Of a stretch of 64,000 nt of DNA, positions 26,263 through 36,533 are shown one piece after another (positions within the stretch are counted from its first letter, which is position 1; the number at the start of each line of letters is the position of its first letter). The notes beneath the pieces are model-generated. The model had not been told where the DNA came from, did not search any database, and saw only the letters and a list, made by a program, of their open reading frames with translations. The position numbers and the translations under genes are program-made. Origin of the DNA: Nitrosopumilaceae archaeon (GTDB lineage Archaea > Thermoproteota > Nitrososphaeria > Nitrososphaerales > Nitrosopumilaceae); assembly GCA_965207375.1 (NCBI GenBank), contig OZ242274.1, positions 928,001 through 992,000 on the forward strand, in the 5' to 3' direction.

Positions 26263-26585
26263 CATGAAATTAGGCGCAATTTTATCAGATTTACAACAAT
26301 AACTGATCATGATACTATGAAGATACTTGGTCTAAGACTTACAGATGAGACGTACAGGATGCAGCAATGGGACTTGAAAACATGATTGAAATTGCTTTGG
26401 AGAATTTAGGTATAGATGCACACAAGATAGACACAAAAAAGCAGGAGATTAAAGACTGGTACTAAAAAGCAAGGTACAAAACAGAATATGATTCAACAGG
26501 CGTAATTCCGATTCACTTGGAAGAAGGGGATCAAACGAATCCCAATATCAAACTGTTAGAAAATGAACTGTATTTTAAAATTTAA
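26263..26585 (+). pseudogene. Degraded gene remnant, family unknown
   Basis: Protein-like frame DAAMGLENMIEIALENLGIDAHKIDTKKQEIKDWY*KARYKTEYDSTGVIPIHLEEGDQTNPNIKLLENELYFKI* with internal stop. Confidence 0.4.
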
Positions 26586-26743
26586 GTTTTTTGTTATGTG
26601 TGATTAGTTTGGAATCGCGTTGATAATGCAGGTGATTTTTTTAATACTGCCAATGTCCTAGTACGATACAATAAATGTGATAAAACATTTGATGCTGCAA
26701 ATGCCCAAAAAAATTAACGGTTTTCGGGCAATCATCTACTAAA

Positions 26744-27409
26744 TCATTCAGATTTATCATCTTCCAAATCTGCAAATTCGTCATCAATTTTGATCTTAGT
26801 CAGAGGTATCTTGCTTACCGGTATGAATAATGCAACTAGTCCCCCAATTTTGATAACATTTGAAATAAAGTACAATATTGATTCAGGAAACACAAAGGAA
26901 TACCATGACAAAAATTCTCCTAATGCCAACATTGCCAAGCCTACTGCCACCACCATTGTACCTTTTTTTCTATTTTCAAAATATGACATCATAGTTTCAA
27001 TTGCACCATATACTAGTAAAATAAAGGAAACGGATCTAAGTATGTGCGCTATGTGTACTGACGATACCAAAAACAACGGAAAAACCGTAACTGATCTAAA
27101 ATATCTTGATTTGGGCAAAAACGCCTTCAAACTATGAGAAAATGCAATAAAGAAGTATCCGACCGTTTGAATTCCTATCCCTAATGTTTGAACCCATTTC
27201 TCTATATGTCCTGATTTTATAATTAAATCATCTATCATAAATCCTATCCAAATCACACAAAACCCTGCACTAATGGCAAAAAATGCAATTGATAATCTAA
27301 ACAAAGTGGGACTACCTGTGTTTCTAAAACCAATAGCTGACATTATTCCAATGGCTAATCCTACCAAAAATCCAACTAAATTTAGTATGCTTTCTATGGG
27401 TATGTCCAA
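26744..27409 (-). CDS. Multi-pass (6-7 TM) membrane protein
   Basis: Serial hydrophobic helices; GFRNTGSPTLFRLSIAF. Confidence 0.8.
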   Translation of the reverse strand: MDIPIESILNLVGFLVGLAIGIMSAIGFRNTGSPTLFRLSIAFFAISAGFCVIWIGFMIDDLIIKSGHIEKWVQTLGIGIQTVGYFFIAFSHSLKAFLPKSRYFRSVTVFPLFLVSSVHIAHILRSVSFILLVYGAIETMMSYFENRKKGTMVVAVGLAMLALGEFLSWYSFVFPESILYFISNVIKIGGLVALFIPVSKIPLTKIKIDDEFADLEDDKSE

Positions 27410-27467
27410 TGTTTAAGAGAAATTATCTTTGTTAATTATTTTAACATGCTGCCATGATCTTACCTTT

Positions 27468-27677
27468 TTAATCCCATTCGTCTAATGATCCTGCAGCTTG
27501 TCCCTCTGTACTGCCTGTATAGTCTCCAAGTATGTCTGAATACTTTACATCATTGTGTGCTACATATTTTACATATTCTCCATAACTCATATCTAAATCG
27601 CAACTTGTACATTTGACAAATGAAAAGTCCGGCGGCAGCTCTGCATCCTCTTTGCATTTTGGACATCTGATCTTCAT
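27468..27677 (-). CDS. Small zinc-ribbon protein
   Basis: CPKC...CTSC. Confidence 0.8.
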   Translation of the reverse strand: MKIRCPKCKEDAELPPDFSFVKCTSCDLDMSYGEYVKYVAHNDVKYSDILGDYTGSTEGQAAGSLDEWD

Positions 27678-27754
27678 ATGTTTAGTACAGTATCATTTGT
27701 ATTAGTCAGTTGTGTCACAAAACAATAAAAATGGCCAAAAAACCCATCCTTATT

Positions 27755-28039
27755 ATGGAGAGAACATGCACCAAATGCAAAAATTCAATCCCAGATGAGG
27801 AGCAGCTAGACATTGTGGCTGAAAAATATCCATGCTGTAACAAATGCTGGGCAGAATGGAAGGAATACCGAATTATGGTTATGAACGAAATGCGACTTGA
27901 CATGTCAATGCCTGATCACCGCAAGGTCATGAAAAAACACGAAAAGGTATTTGCCGGTGTACTTACCCCCGAAGGCGACGTTATTGATTATGCCAATGAA
28001 GACAACAGAAACCCAGAAGAAAAATCTACATCCCAATAG
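27755..28039 (+). CDS. Fe(2+)-trafficking protein (YggX-like)
   Basis: CNKCWAEWKEYRIMVMNEMRLDM resembles YggX W..W......INE.RL; upstream starts possible. Confidence 0.75.
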   Translation: MERTCTKCKNSIPDEEQLDIVAEKYPCCNKCWAEWKEYRIMVMNEMRLDMSMPDHRKVMKKHEKVFAGVLTPEGDVIDYANEDNRNPEEKSTSQ

Positions 28040-28487
28040 TTTTTTTGGCATTATCTGGAATTAATTTTAACATCAAACTCTTTTTTGATTCGTCCAGACT
28101 TGATATTATTTGCTTGATGGTATTTCCGATTATGTCCTGTTGTGATTTTTCCATCGACATCAGTATTTCTAATATGCCATCCAAATTGAATGTAATTATT
28201 TTTTCAGGATGATGTGTTATCTCTTCGATATATTTTGCAAACATCATCCTTCTTTGCTTTTCATCGAATCCAGATAGAACCTCCAGCCATGTTTTGCATA
28301 ATTTTGAAAAGTTTGGAAATGGAATTTGAGGTCCTGCAGACAAGGCATTGTTGATGATCTCCTTTTGTTCTAATTCAGACATTGTAAAAAACTCTTGTAG
28401 TCTTTTTGTCAGGATTGGTCTTCTTAAAAAATCCGGCAGACTTGCCAGGTTGACAATAATATTTCCTGCATAGTTGGGCTCTGACAT
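28026..28487 (-). CDS. Hypothetical protein
   Basis: 153-aa ORF, LASLPDFLRRPIL. Confidence 0.75.
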   Translation of the reverse strand: MSEPNYAGNIIVNLASLPDFLRRPILTKRLQEFFTMSELEQKEIINNALSAGPQIPFPNFSKLCKTWLEVLSGFDEKQRRMMFAKYIEEITHHPEKIITFNLDGILEILMSMEKSQQDIIGNTIKQIISSLDESKKSLMLKLIPDNAKKTIGM

Positions 28488-28565
28488 TTATTCTGATCGG
28501 TTTTGTTTGATATTAAATGATTTAGAAATATCTTAGCTTAAATACACAAGCCTGCATCAAGCAAT

Positions 28566-29567
28566 ATGCCCTCTACATTGGTAATAGGTGGTTTTTTTGG
28601 AGATGAAGGAAAGGGAAAAATCATCTCATATCTTGCACTACATGATGACCCTTCAATTATAGTAAGGGGCGGCGCAGGACCTAATGCTGGCCACACCATC
28701 AAAGACGGCAATGACACATTCAAGGTTAGAATGCTGCCAAGTGGCTTTATGAACAAAAGTGCAAAAGTCATGATAGGTCCAGGCGTAGTAGTTGATCCCA
28801 AAGTCTTACTTGCAGAAATAAAAAACTTTGATGCTCAAGGACGCGCATTTATTGATAAACATTGTGGAATAATTGAGCAAGACCATCTTATTCGTGATTC
28901 ACAAGGTCAATTAAAGCAAAAGATCGGAAGTACCGGCTCTGGTACGGGCCCTGCAAATGCAGATCGTGCCATGCGCACACTACATCTAGCCCAAGATTTT
29001 GACTCGCTATCTCAGTATCTAGTAGACGTTGCATCCCAAATCAACGATGCCTTAGATGCAAATCAACGCGTACTTGTAGAGGGAACACAGGGAACCTTTC
29101 TTTCTTTATGGCACGGCACCTATCCCTTTGTTACCTCCAAGGATGTCACTGCCTCTGGAATTTGTGCCGATGTTGGATTGGGTCCTACGCGTGTTGATGA
29201 GGTAATTGTAGTGTTTAAGGCATACGTTACCCGTGTAGGTACAGGACCTCTTACTGGAGAACTTGTACCTGAAGATACTGATAAACGAGGCTGGTCTGAG
29301 TTTGGTACAGTTACCGGACGCCCACGCCGTGCTGCAGAATTTGATTTTGAGCTAGCAAAGCGTGCCATCATGCTCAACGGTGCAACACAAATTTCCATAA
29401 CCAAACTTGATGTGTTATACCCTGACTGTGCCAGAAAAACCTCTTATGACGCATTAAACGACGAGGCACGCAAATTCATAAAAAACATCGAAGACAAACT
29501 TGGCGTGCCTGTAACTATAATTGGTACTGGTCCTAATATTGCAGATGTAATAGATAGACGCACCTAG
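28566..29567 (+). CDS. purA: Adenylosuccinate synthetase
   Basis: GDEGKGK, GPNAGHT, EGTQG, GTYPFVTS, GTVTGRPRR, TKLD. Confidence 0.97.
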   Translation: MPSTLVIGGFFGDEGKGKIISYLALHDDPSIIVRGGAGPNAGHTIKDGNDTFKVRMLPSGFMNKSAKVMIGPGVVVDPKVLLAEIKNFDAQGRAFIDKHCGIIEQDHLIRDSQGQLKQKIGSTGSGTGPANADRAMRTLHLAQDFDSLSQYLVDVASQINDALDANQRVLVEGTQGTFLSLWHGTYPFVTSKDVTASGICADVGLGPTRVDEVIVVFKAYVTRVGTGPLTGELVPEDTDKRGWSEFGTVTGRPRRAAEFDFELAKRAIMLNGATQISITKLDVLYPDCARKTSYDALNDEARKFIKNIEDKLGVPVTIIGTGPNIADVIDRRT

Positions 29568-29614
29568 ATTTTTTTGTATGAAAGTTTAAGTTACCAGCAT
29601 CTTTTAAACAACTC

Positions 29615-30277
29615 ATGGACAAGTTGCCACGCTACGTTCAAGTTGCATCGACACTTGAATTTTCTCGTCTCGTGTGCGCCTTGGAGCGTGCCCCTCGTGT
29701 TTCCTTTCTACATGAGCATGAAGGACAAAAGGTTCTTTCGGTTCAAATGGATTTGTTAAAGGACAAACCCGTAATTTACTATACTCCTTTTGATAATGCG
29801 GGCCATTACATTTGTTACGGCTTTAAATCAGGCCAGGAAGAATCCGAAATAGTTGATTCTACCACAGATACTAGCAGACTGTATTCTCCAATTGTCAAGA
29901 TTAGATCCCTGCCTGCAAATCTTAAACCAGGAAATGGAACCGACGATAAATACCATCCAATCGTATTAGAGGATCTAGCAAGTCTAGCAAAACTAAGCTG
30001 CGGATTTGAAGAAGCACCCTTTCCATTATTTTCATTTCCACATGGTAGTAAATGGCTTGTAGGACTATTCATGAATTTTAATGAGGAGGGCTCGTCTTAC
30101 TTTTGCCATGTCATATTAGATGATGAACCAAAAAAACCATTCCTAAAGTTTACCACCTCTAACGGCGCATCTCCATCCTTTGTTAGCAGTCCTAATGAAC
30201 ATGGATATTCATATATCAAACTAGTAAAACTTGTTGACACACACCCTCTAATTGACTATGACCAGCTTCAAAACTAG
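29615..30277 (+). CDS. Hypothetical protein
   Basis: 220-aa ORF between purA and pyrF. Confidence 0.8.
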   Translation: MDKLPRYVQVASTLEFSRLVCALERAPRVSFLHEHEGQKVLSVQMDLLKDKPVIYYTPFDNAGHYICYGFKSGQEESEIVDSTTDTSRLYSPIVKIRSLPANLKPGNGTDDKYHPIVLEDLASLAKLSCGFEEAPFPLFSFPHGSKWLVGLFMNFNEEGSSYFCHVILDDEPKKPFLKFTTSNGASPSFVSSPNEHGYSYIKLVKLVDTHPLIDYDQLQN

Positions 30278-30995
30278 AATCAAAAAAATATCCAAAACCC
30301 GCGGACCCGTAATTCTTGCAAATGATTACAATTATGGTACGGCAAATTTAGAGCAAAAAACCATTGCTAATATAAAAAATCTTCACCGCCATCTGTGTGG
30401 AATCAAATTAAATTTTCACCTATTATTGCCACTAGGCGCACAAGAAATAAAAAAAATTACAAAAGTAGCAGGTGACTATGGTCTGATTACCATAGCCGAT
30501 ATGAAATTAAACGATATTGGCAATACCAACATGGTCACAACCAAATATCTCTGGAATCTGGGATTTGACTGTGTAATTGTCAACCCCATTATGGGCACAG
30601 ACAGCCTTCATGCGATAATAAACCATGCTCACAAACAAGACAGGGGAGTAATCACGTTGTGTCATATGAGTGCACCTGAGGCACAGCTGAGCTATGACTT
30701 GAATCTGAAATCTGCCCCCTCAAAACTGTACAAATTATTTTTAAAATGGGCACTAGCACAAAAAGCAGATGGAATTATTGCAGGTGCCACCTTTCCTGAT
30801 ATCATAAAATACTGCAAAAAGACTTCTAAAGGAAAATTACCCATATACTCTCCCGGTGTCGGAACCCAAGGCGGAGATCCTAAAGAAATTGTATCTGCCG
30901 GTACTGACTATTTGATTGTGGGCAGAACCATCTTAAATGCAAAAAATCCTCTAGACAAACTGACAGAAATTCAGCGACTTGCCCTTGACAAATAA
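30258..30995 (+). CDS. pyrF: Orotidine 5'-phosphate decarboxylase
   Basis: DMKLNDIGNT, SPGVGTQGG, IVGR. Confidence 0.95.
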   Translation: MTSFKTRIKKISKTRGPVILANDYNYGTANLEQKTIANIKNLHRHLCGIKLNFHLLLPLGAQEIKKITKVAGDYGLITIADMKLNDIGNTNMVTTKYLWNLGFDCVIVNPIMGTDSLHAIINHAHKQDRGVITLCHMSAPEAQLSYDLNLKSAPSKLYKLFLKWALAQKADGIIAGATFPDIIKYCKKTSKGKLPIYSPGVGTQGGDPKEIVSAGTDYLIVGRTILNAKNPLDKLTEIQRLALDK

Positions 30996-31393
30996 TTATT
31001 TGCATTTGTTAAAACCGAGCGTGCATTTTCAAATGTTATCTTTTTTATTGCATCTTGAAGATTCAACCACACATAATCCAAATGCTCGTGCGATAATTTA
31101 ATTTCTCTTGTCTGCGTTTGTGCCAAAAAAAATACAACCTGTTTGTGTATGGAAATCCCCTCGTACTGAAAATCATACTGTATGGTTTGCTCAAAACCCT
31201 TGACAAATTCCAAATCTACAATTCCTGTCTCCTCTCTTGACTCCCTTATTGTCGTTTGATACTCTGTCTCCTCTCTTTCCATTTTTCCTTTAACAAAATC
31301 CCAGTGTCCTGTCGGATAATTTAACAGCAAAAAAAGGCGCTCCTCATTTTGACTCCTAAATATTACTGCACCTGCTGATTTTTCTTCAATCAT
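30971..31393 (-). CDS. Nudix hydrolase (Ap4A hydrolase-like)
   Basis: HWDFVKG...RESREETG, LSHEH. Confidence 0.9.
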   Translation of the reverse strand: MIEEKSAGAVIFRSQNEERLFLLLNYPTGHWDFVKGKMEREETEYQTTIRESREETGIVDLEFVKGFEQTIQYDFQYEGISIHKQVVFFLAQTQTREIKLSHEHLDYVWLNLQDAIKKITFENARSVLTNANNYLSRASR

Positions 31394-32185
31394 TTATTTT
31401 CCTACTCTTCGCTTTCTTTTTTGGAATGTTCTAATAGCCCGCATGAGATCTATTTTTCTAAACTCTGGCCAAAAAATATCCATAAAAACTAACTCACTAT
31501 ACACGCTTTGCCACATTAAAAAGCCGCTCAGTCTTTTTTCTCCCGAGGTTCTTAGAATCATGTCCGGTGATGACTGTGGCAAATGTGATGTATACAAATT
31601 AGCCTCAATCTCATTTTTGTTTATGTCTTTGATATCTAACTGTCCTTCTTTGATTTTGGTGCCGATTTTTTTTACTGCATCGACTAGCTCGTTTTGTCCT
31701 CCGTATGCTAGGGCTATATTTAGAAAGTGACTGTCGTAATCCTTTGTGGCCTCGTCTAACTTGCTCAAAATTTCCTTAATCTTATCGGGCAAACGATCTA
31801 TCTGTCCTATCCCCTTTACCCTCATTTTGTTTTTATGAATTCTAGGATCATTGTATAATTTGTTTAAACGCTTTTCAATTAACTCAAATAAATAATCTAG
31901 TTCATCATCTGTTCTTTCTAAATTTTCAGCAGACAATGCATACAATGTAATTATTTTAATGTCAAATTCTTCACACCAATCCAGCAGGTTCTCTACTGCA
32001 TCGGCGCCCTTCCAATGTCCATCCTTTAGTATGCTGAGATTTCTTTTTGCCCATCGTCTGTTTCCGTCCAAAATCAATGCTAGATGGTTAGGTATTGCCC
32101 CTTTGCGGACATCATTTTCCAATTTTTTAGAGTATATTTTGTATAATCCTGATACTTGAAATACAACATCTTTGGTTCTTCCCAT
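31394..32185 (-). CDS. uppS: cis-prenyltransferase (polyprenyl diphosphate synthase)
   Basis: HLALILDGNRRWA, SAENLER, YGG, RTSGEKRLSGF; start uncertain. Confidence 0.95.
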   Translation of the reverse strand: MGRTKDVVFQVSGLYKIYSKKLENDVRKGAIPNHLALILDGNRRWAKRNLSILKDGHWKGADAVENLLDWCEEFDIKIITLYALSAENLERTDDELDYLFELIEKRLNKLYNDPRIHKNKMRVKGIGQIDRLPDKIKEILSKLDEATKDYDSHFLNIALAYGGQNELVDAVKKIGTKIKEGQLDIKDINKNEIEANLYTSHLPQSSPDMILRTSGEKRLSGFLMWQSVYSELVFMDIFWPEFRKIDLMRAIRTFQKRKRRVGK

Positions 32186-32231
32186 TTCTATTAAATCAAT
32201 GAAGATTTCTACAAATATTGTTATCGGTATT

Positions 32232-33368
32232 TTAGACCTCTTCTGATAACTCACCTGGCTTTTTTCTATATTTTTTAAACAGCACCGTGGCCGAAATCAA
32301 TGTTGCTGCCAATCCTCCTAATAACGGCGGTATGAGACTAAATGAATTTGCATCATTTATCATAATGTTTGTAAATTGTGCCACTGTAGGGTATAGTGCC
32401 ACTAGTACTATTAGACGCAGACTGTCTGAAATCTGTCTTGGTACCCCTGCTAACCAATTACTAAGCAGCATGCCTGCAAATATTGAGCCTAGCCCTACCC
32501 ATAAAATCGGCAATGCCCCAGAAATGAATTGACCAATCGTCTTTTCATTAAAAATCTGAGCAATAAGATCTGCATCTGTATCTGCATCTACTACTGACAG
32601 TCCTGCAGGCACCGAAGACAGTATCAAAATAATTCCTGTGATCATGGTAAACATTCGAATAAAACCTGACGGAGTAGGTTTTGTCCAATTGCTCCAGACC
32701 TTGTCAATATCAAATGCTCTGATCAAAAATGCTCCACCTAAAATACTTACCAAAACTGCAAAAATCTCCGCAGTATATCCAAAGACTGTAGCTACTCCGC
32801 CAATTAACAACAAAATGCCCGGCACACCCAAAAAGAACTTTGAGTATTTGGGATCATATGCAATCATTTTCAAATATTTGCCAAACACCGCATAGGAATA
32901 TTCCACACTTCGACTAACCTTCATTACTACGCGTTGCACTGAAACAATTGGCAACACCGTCTGAATTACCGGAATGACGCTTTCATCATCCTCTCCATCT
33001 GATACTATGACTGCCCCGTTTGCCGAAAATTTTTCCAAAGCATTTTTTACCTCATTTACAATTTTTTCATCTGCCTGAACCCCCCTTTGTGAAACTCCTG
33101 CAACTGTAATCACCTCTGCTTGATAGCCTTTGCTAATCAAATCCTCATACGTTTTGATGGCAGAAAATATAGAATTCGAATCTGCATCCTCGGGATCCTC
33201 TAATGCCAACCTTTGTGCTGCTTCTATGCATGCATCTCTCCCAATCACCGGCGTCTGTATTCCTGTTTTTTCACCTACATCATTGTCTCTGTCTACGCAA
33301 ATTACTAGCAATCTGTTTGCCGTAGATACGTTTACATCCTTTTTTACAATGCTTGGTTTTTGAGACAT
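32232..33368 (-). CDS. DUF373 family membrane protein
   Basis: VICVDRDNDVG, DPEDADSN, VSDGEDDE, C-terminal TMs. Confidence 0.9.
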   Translation of the reverse strand: MSQKPSIVKKDVNVSTANRLLVICVDRDNDVGEKTGIQTPVIGRDACIEAAQRLALEDPEDADSNSIFSAIKTYEDLISKGYQAEVITVAGVSQRGVQADEKIVNEVKNALEKFSANGAVIVSDGEDDESVIPVIQTVLPIVSVQRVVMKVSRSVEYSYAVFGKYLKMIAYDPKYSKFFLGVPGILLLIGGVATVFGYTAEIFAVLVSILGGAFLIRAFDIDKVWSNWTKPTPSGFIRMFTMITGIILILSSVPAGLSVVDADTDADLIAQIFNEKTIGQFISGALPILWVGLGSIFAGMLLSNWLAGVPRQISDSLRLIVLVALYPTVAQFTNIMINDANSFSLIPPLLGGLAATLISATVLFKKYRKKPGELSEEV

Positions 33369-33443
33369 TCTATGTTTAGTTGTAAAATTGCTTTTTAACG
33401 ATTTCCAACCATTGAAAATAGTAAACTTAGGGTACAGGCACGA

Positions 33444-33938
33444 TTACGGCTTGTTCGTATTTGAGGCCTCGACTAGGGAATCTACGCTAGCTTTGAACTC
33501 TTCAATCTTTTCAAGTGAAGCCTCAATGTCTGCCTCTCCTCGTTTTTCTATTATATTTGCAGCAACTATTGTTTCCCTAATTAGGGAGTTTTGGGTTTTT
33601 AGTGCCTCAATATAGTTGATATAGCTCTCGTGCCATTCCTCTGATGCATCACTTTTGACTAGTTGAGTTATCTGGGCATTGATCTGTGTAGATGTCGTTT
33701 CTGCTATCTCATTGTATTGCTCAACTGTAATTTCTCCATTTTGCAAGCTTTGAAATGATTGCTCTAATTCTTCGGCTAGAACCTGATGAATATTTTCAAT
33801 TCCATCTATGTGGTTTTCAAAGTCTGAAACTGCCATGGTTTGCGTAGTGTCTTGTGGTATAGTCCACACAAAAAAACTTGCAGCAGCAATTGCTGCCAAA
33901 ATTATCGCAGTAACTGCCACACCCTTTTTTGATGCCAA
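33444..33938 (-). CDS. N-anchored helical hypothetical protein
   Basis: MASKKG + TM helix, acidic helical body. Confidence 0.8.
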   Translation of the reverse strand: MASKKGVAVTAIILAAIAAASFFVWTIPQDTTQTMAVSDFENHIDGIENIHQVLAEELEQSFQSLQNGEITVEQYNEIAETTSTQINAQITQLVKSDASEEWHESYINYIEALKTQNSLIRETIVAANIIEKRGEADIEASLEKIEEFKASVDSLVEASNTNKP

Positions 33939-34190
33939 TATGTCTAAGATTATCCTTCCTGCTTATATCTTGTATAATGTTGGAATTTTTGGATTTTGTA
34001 CAAAAAGATACCGAAAAAACAATCTATCAAACGTTTCCTTTATAAATTTATAAAGAAATATCAATTTTTTATGTAATTCTTTACATAATGTGACTCAAAT
34101 CGCTAAATAAAATTTACACATATCTAGGTGTGTAGTTAAATAATTTTTACATCCTCTGCCTAAATACAAGCATAACTGTGAGATTTTAGA

Positions 34191-34334
34191 ATGGTCGAAG
34201 CATACTGCGTAAAATGCAGAGGAAAAAGGGAGATCAAAAATCCCCAGGAAACTAAACTAAAGAACGGACGTCCTGCCGTCAAAGGCACATGTCCAAAATG
34301 TGGAACTAATGTTTTCCGAATTGGAAAAATGTAG
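34191..34334 (+). CDS. DUF5679-like small basic zinc-finger protein
   Basis: Not in ORF track; MVEAYCVKCRGKREIKNPQETKLKNGRPAVKGTCPKCGTNVFRIGKM. Confidence 0.88.
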   Translation: MVEAYCVKCRGKREIKNPQETKLKNGRPAVKGTCPKCGTNVFRIGKM

Positions 34335-34457
34335 GAAAACTAACCACAAGTTTCTTTTTTAAAATGATCAAATGCCGTCTGTTTATATTTGGACGGTATC
34401 GTTTTTTTGGAATTTTAAAATAAACCCATATAGGGTGGCGTACGATGTTGTATCGTA

Positions 34458-34880
34458 TTGACAAAAAAAGAGTATGAGGGTCTTCTCAAACGAATAGCAG
34501 ATAAGATGTCTGATGGCTCAAAGGCAGGAGTTGCTAGGTTTGAGCTTCCAGTAGTTGACATCATGTGGGAAGGACAAAAGACATTCCTTCGTAACTTTAC
34601 AGATTTTCCAAAGGTACTGCGACGTGATCCTGAAAAGGTACTACAGTATCTGTCAAAGGAATTTGCAGTCCCTGCAGAACGCTTGGGAGACAAGGCCATG
34701 TTTATTGGCAAGCGTGATCCTGATGACTTTACAAGATTATTTCAGATTTATGTCAAGGACTATGTTGAATGTCCCACATGCAAAAGTCCTGATACTAAAG
34801 TTGTTAAAGAAAACAGAATTTCTTTTTTGATCTGTGAGGCGTGCGGTGCCAAATCAACTATGAAAGGTAAGTATGCCTGA
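34458..34880 (+). CDS. eif2b: Translation initiation factor aIF2 beta
   Basis: YEGLLKRI, RFELP, NF, CPTCKSPDT...CEACGA. Confidence 0.95.
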   Translation: MTKKEYEGLLKRIADKMSDGSKAGVARFELPVVDIMWEGQKTFLRNFTDFPKVLRRDPEKVLQYLSKEFAVPAERLGDKAMFIGKRDPDDFTRLFQIYVKDYVECPTCKSPDTKVVKENRISFLICEACGAKSTMKGKYA

Positions 34881-35176
34881 TGCAGTTTTCAGTTAAGGTT
34901 TCTAACTATCAACAAAATTCGATGCTTAACATTTGTGATCCTGATCTACTTGGAAAAACAATTTCTGACGGCAAAAGAAATCTAAAGATTAGCCAAAGCT
35001 ATTATGGCCAAAAAATCGTTGATCAAAGCGAAGCCGAACGCCTTTTAAAATCTTCCTCAGTAATAAACATGGCAGGCAGGCAAGCAGTTTCACTTTCAAT
35101 AAAACTCGGCGTCGGCGTAAAAGATGGCGTAAAATATGTAAATGATGTTCCATTTCTTATTGTCTTTCAAATGTAA
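34880..35176 (+). CDS. DUF424 family protein
   Basis: ICDPDLLGK, SYYG, INMAG; typical position beside aIF2b. Confidence 0.85.
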   Translation: MQFSVKVSNYQQNSMLNICDPDLLGKTISDGKRNLKISQSYYGQKIVDQSEAERLLKSSSVINMAGRQAVSLSIKLGVGVKDGVKYVNDVPFLIVFQM

Positions 35177-35178
35177 TT

Positions 35179-35967
35179 TTGATTTCCATGTCTGATGAAA
35201 TAAATGAAAAATTGGAATCAAAAATTTACAATAAACTGTTTGCAAAATCTCCAAAAAGCAAACTCAAAGACGGATTCAAAAAGAACAAAGTAGTCAACGA
35301 AGTTTTAGACAAGCCGACTATTATGACTCTGTTTAACATGATAAATTCCAATATTCTTTCTTATGTCAATGGTGCAATCAAGGCTGGAAAGGAATCCGTT
35401 GTTTTTTGGGGAGTCGACTGTGACAAACAAGATGTTGCCTTGAAGATATATCTTGTTTCTACCTCTAATTTCAAAAATCGCATGCCGTATTTGCAAGGAG
35501 ATCCTAGATTTTCTAGAATCAAAAAGGGCACTAGAAATCTTGTTAATCTGTGGGCAAAAAAGGAATTCAAAAATTTTACCCGGTGTTATGATTGTGGAAT
35601 CTGCGTTCCAAAGCCGCTCTGTGTGACCAATAATGTGCTTGTTACTGAATTTATTGGCAAAAATGGCATGCCTACAAAGACACTGTTAGAGTCCAAAGTC
35701 GATTCTCACGACTATGATCAATCCATTGAGCTTATTGTCCGACTGTATCACGATGCCAAACTAGTTCATGGTGATTTTTCTGGATATAACATATTCAAGA
35801 CCTGCTCTGGACTGATGCTGTTTGATCTAGGCTCTGCTGTGGATCTGCAACATCCCAGATCTGACGAATTTCTTAAAAGAGATATTAATAACATAACCAA
35901 ATTCTTTGTCAAGAGGGGATTGACTGTACAAAATCCTATAGATGTTTACGAATCGGTGATATCATGA
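35179..35967 (+). CDS. rio1: RIO1 family kinase
   Basis: GKESVV, ALKIY, WAKKEFKN, LVHGDFSGYNI, FDLGSAV, RDINN. Confidence 0.92.
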   Translation: MISMSDEINEKLESKIYNKLFAKSPKSKLKDGFKKNKVVNEVLDKPTIMTLFNMINSNILSYVNGAIKAGKESVVFWGVDCDKQDVALKIYLVSTSNFKNRMPYLQGDPRFSRIKKGTRNLVNLWAKKEFKNFTRCYDCGICVPKPLCVTNNVLVTEFIGKNGMPTKTLLESKVDSHDYDQSIELIVRLYHDAKLVHGDFSGYNIFKTCSGLMLFDLGSAVDLQHPRSDEFLKRDINNITKFFVKRGLTVQNPIDVYESVIS

Positions 35968-36533
35968 GCTTTGAAAAACTAGTACGAATTCCAACTGAGA
36001 GAGTGGGTGTTTTAATTGGCAAATCTGGAAACGTAAAATCCAAGATCGAATCATCCTGCTGTGTCAAACTAGACATTGACAGTGATACCGGAGAAATTTT
36101 TATTGAAACCTCAGGTGCTATTGAAAAAATCCAACCCTTCAAAGCAATTGAACTTGTAACTGCAATAGGCCGTGGATTTTCACCACACAATGCAATGCAA
36201 CTTCTTAAGGGTGAAAATACTTTACATGTAATGGATTTACGCGAATTTGGAGGTAAATCTCGTAATCAAATTGAAAGGATAAAAGGGAGATTAATTGGAG
36301 AAGGAGGTAAGGCAAGAAAAAATATGGAAAATTTAAGCGGAACTGTAATTTCAATTTACGGCAGAACAGTTTCAATTATTGGCAGCACAAAAAATCTAAA
36401 GCTTGCAGTAGATGCAATCTCGTCAATTTCAAATGGAAGCATGCACGGTTCTGTGTATAATAAACTAGAATCTGCAAGAAGAAGGGAAAAAATACAACGA
36501 TTGCAATTATGGGAAGATCAAAATGTCTTTTAA
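35964..36533 (+). CDS. KH-domain pre-rRNA processing protein (Pno1/Dim2)
   Basis: IPTERVGVLIG, AIGRGF, RIKGRLIGEGGK, GSMHGSVY. Confidence 0.92.
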   Translation: MSFEKLVRIPTERVGVLIGKSGNVKSKIESSCCVKLDIDSDTGEIFIETSGAIEKIQPFKAIELVTAIGRGFSPHNAMQLLKGENTLHVMDLREFGGKSRNQIERIKGRLIGEGGKARKNMENLSGTVISIYGRTVSIIGSTKNLKLAVDAISSISNGSMHGSVYNKLESARRREKIQRLQLWEDQNVF

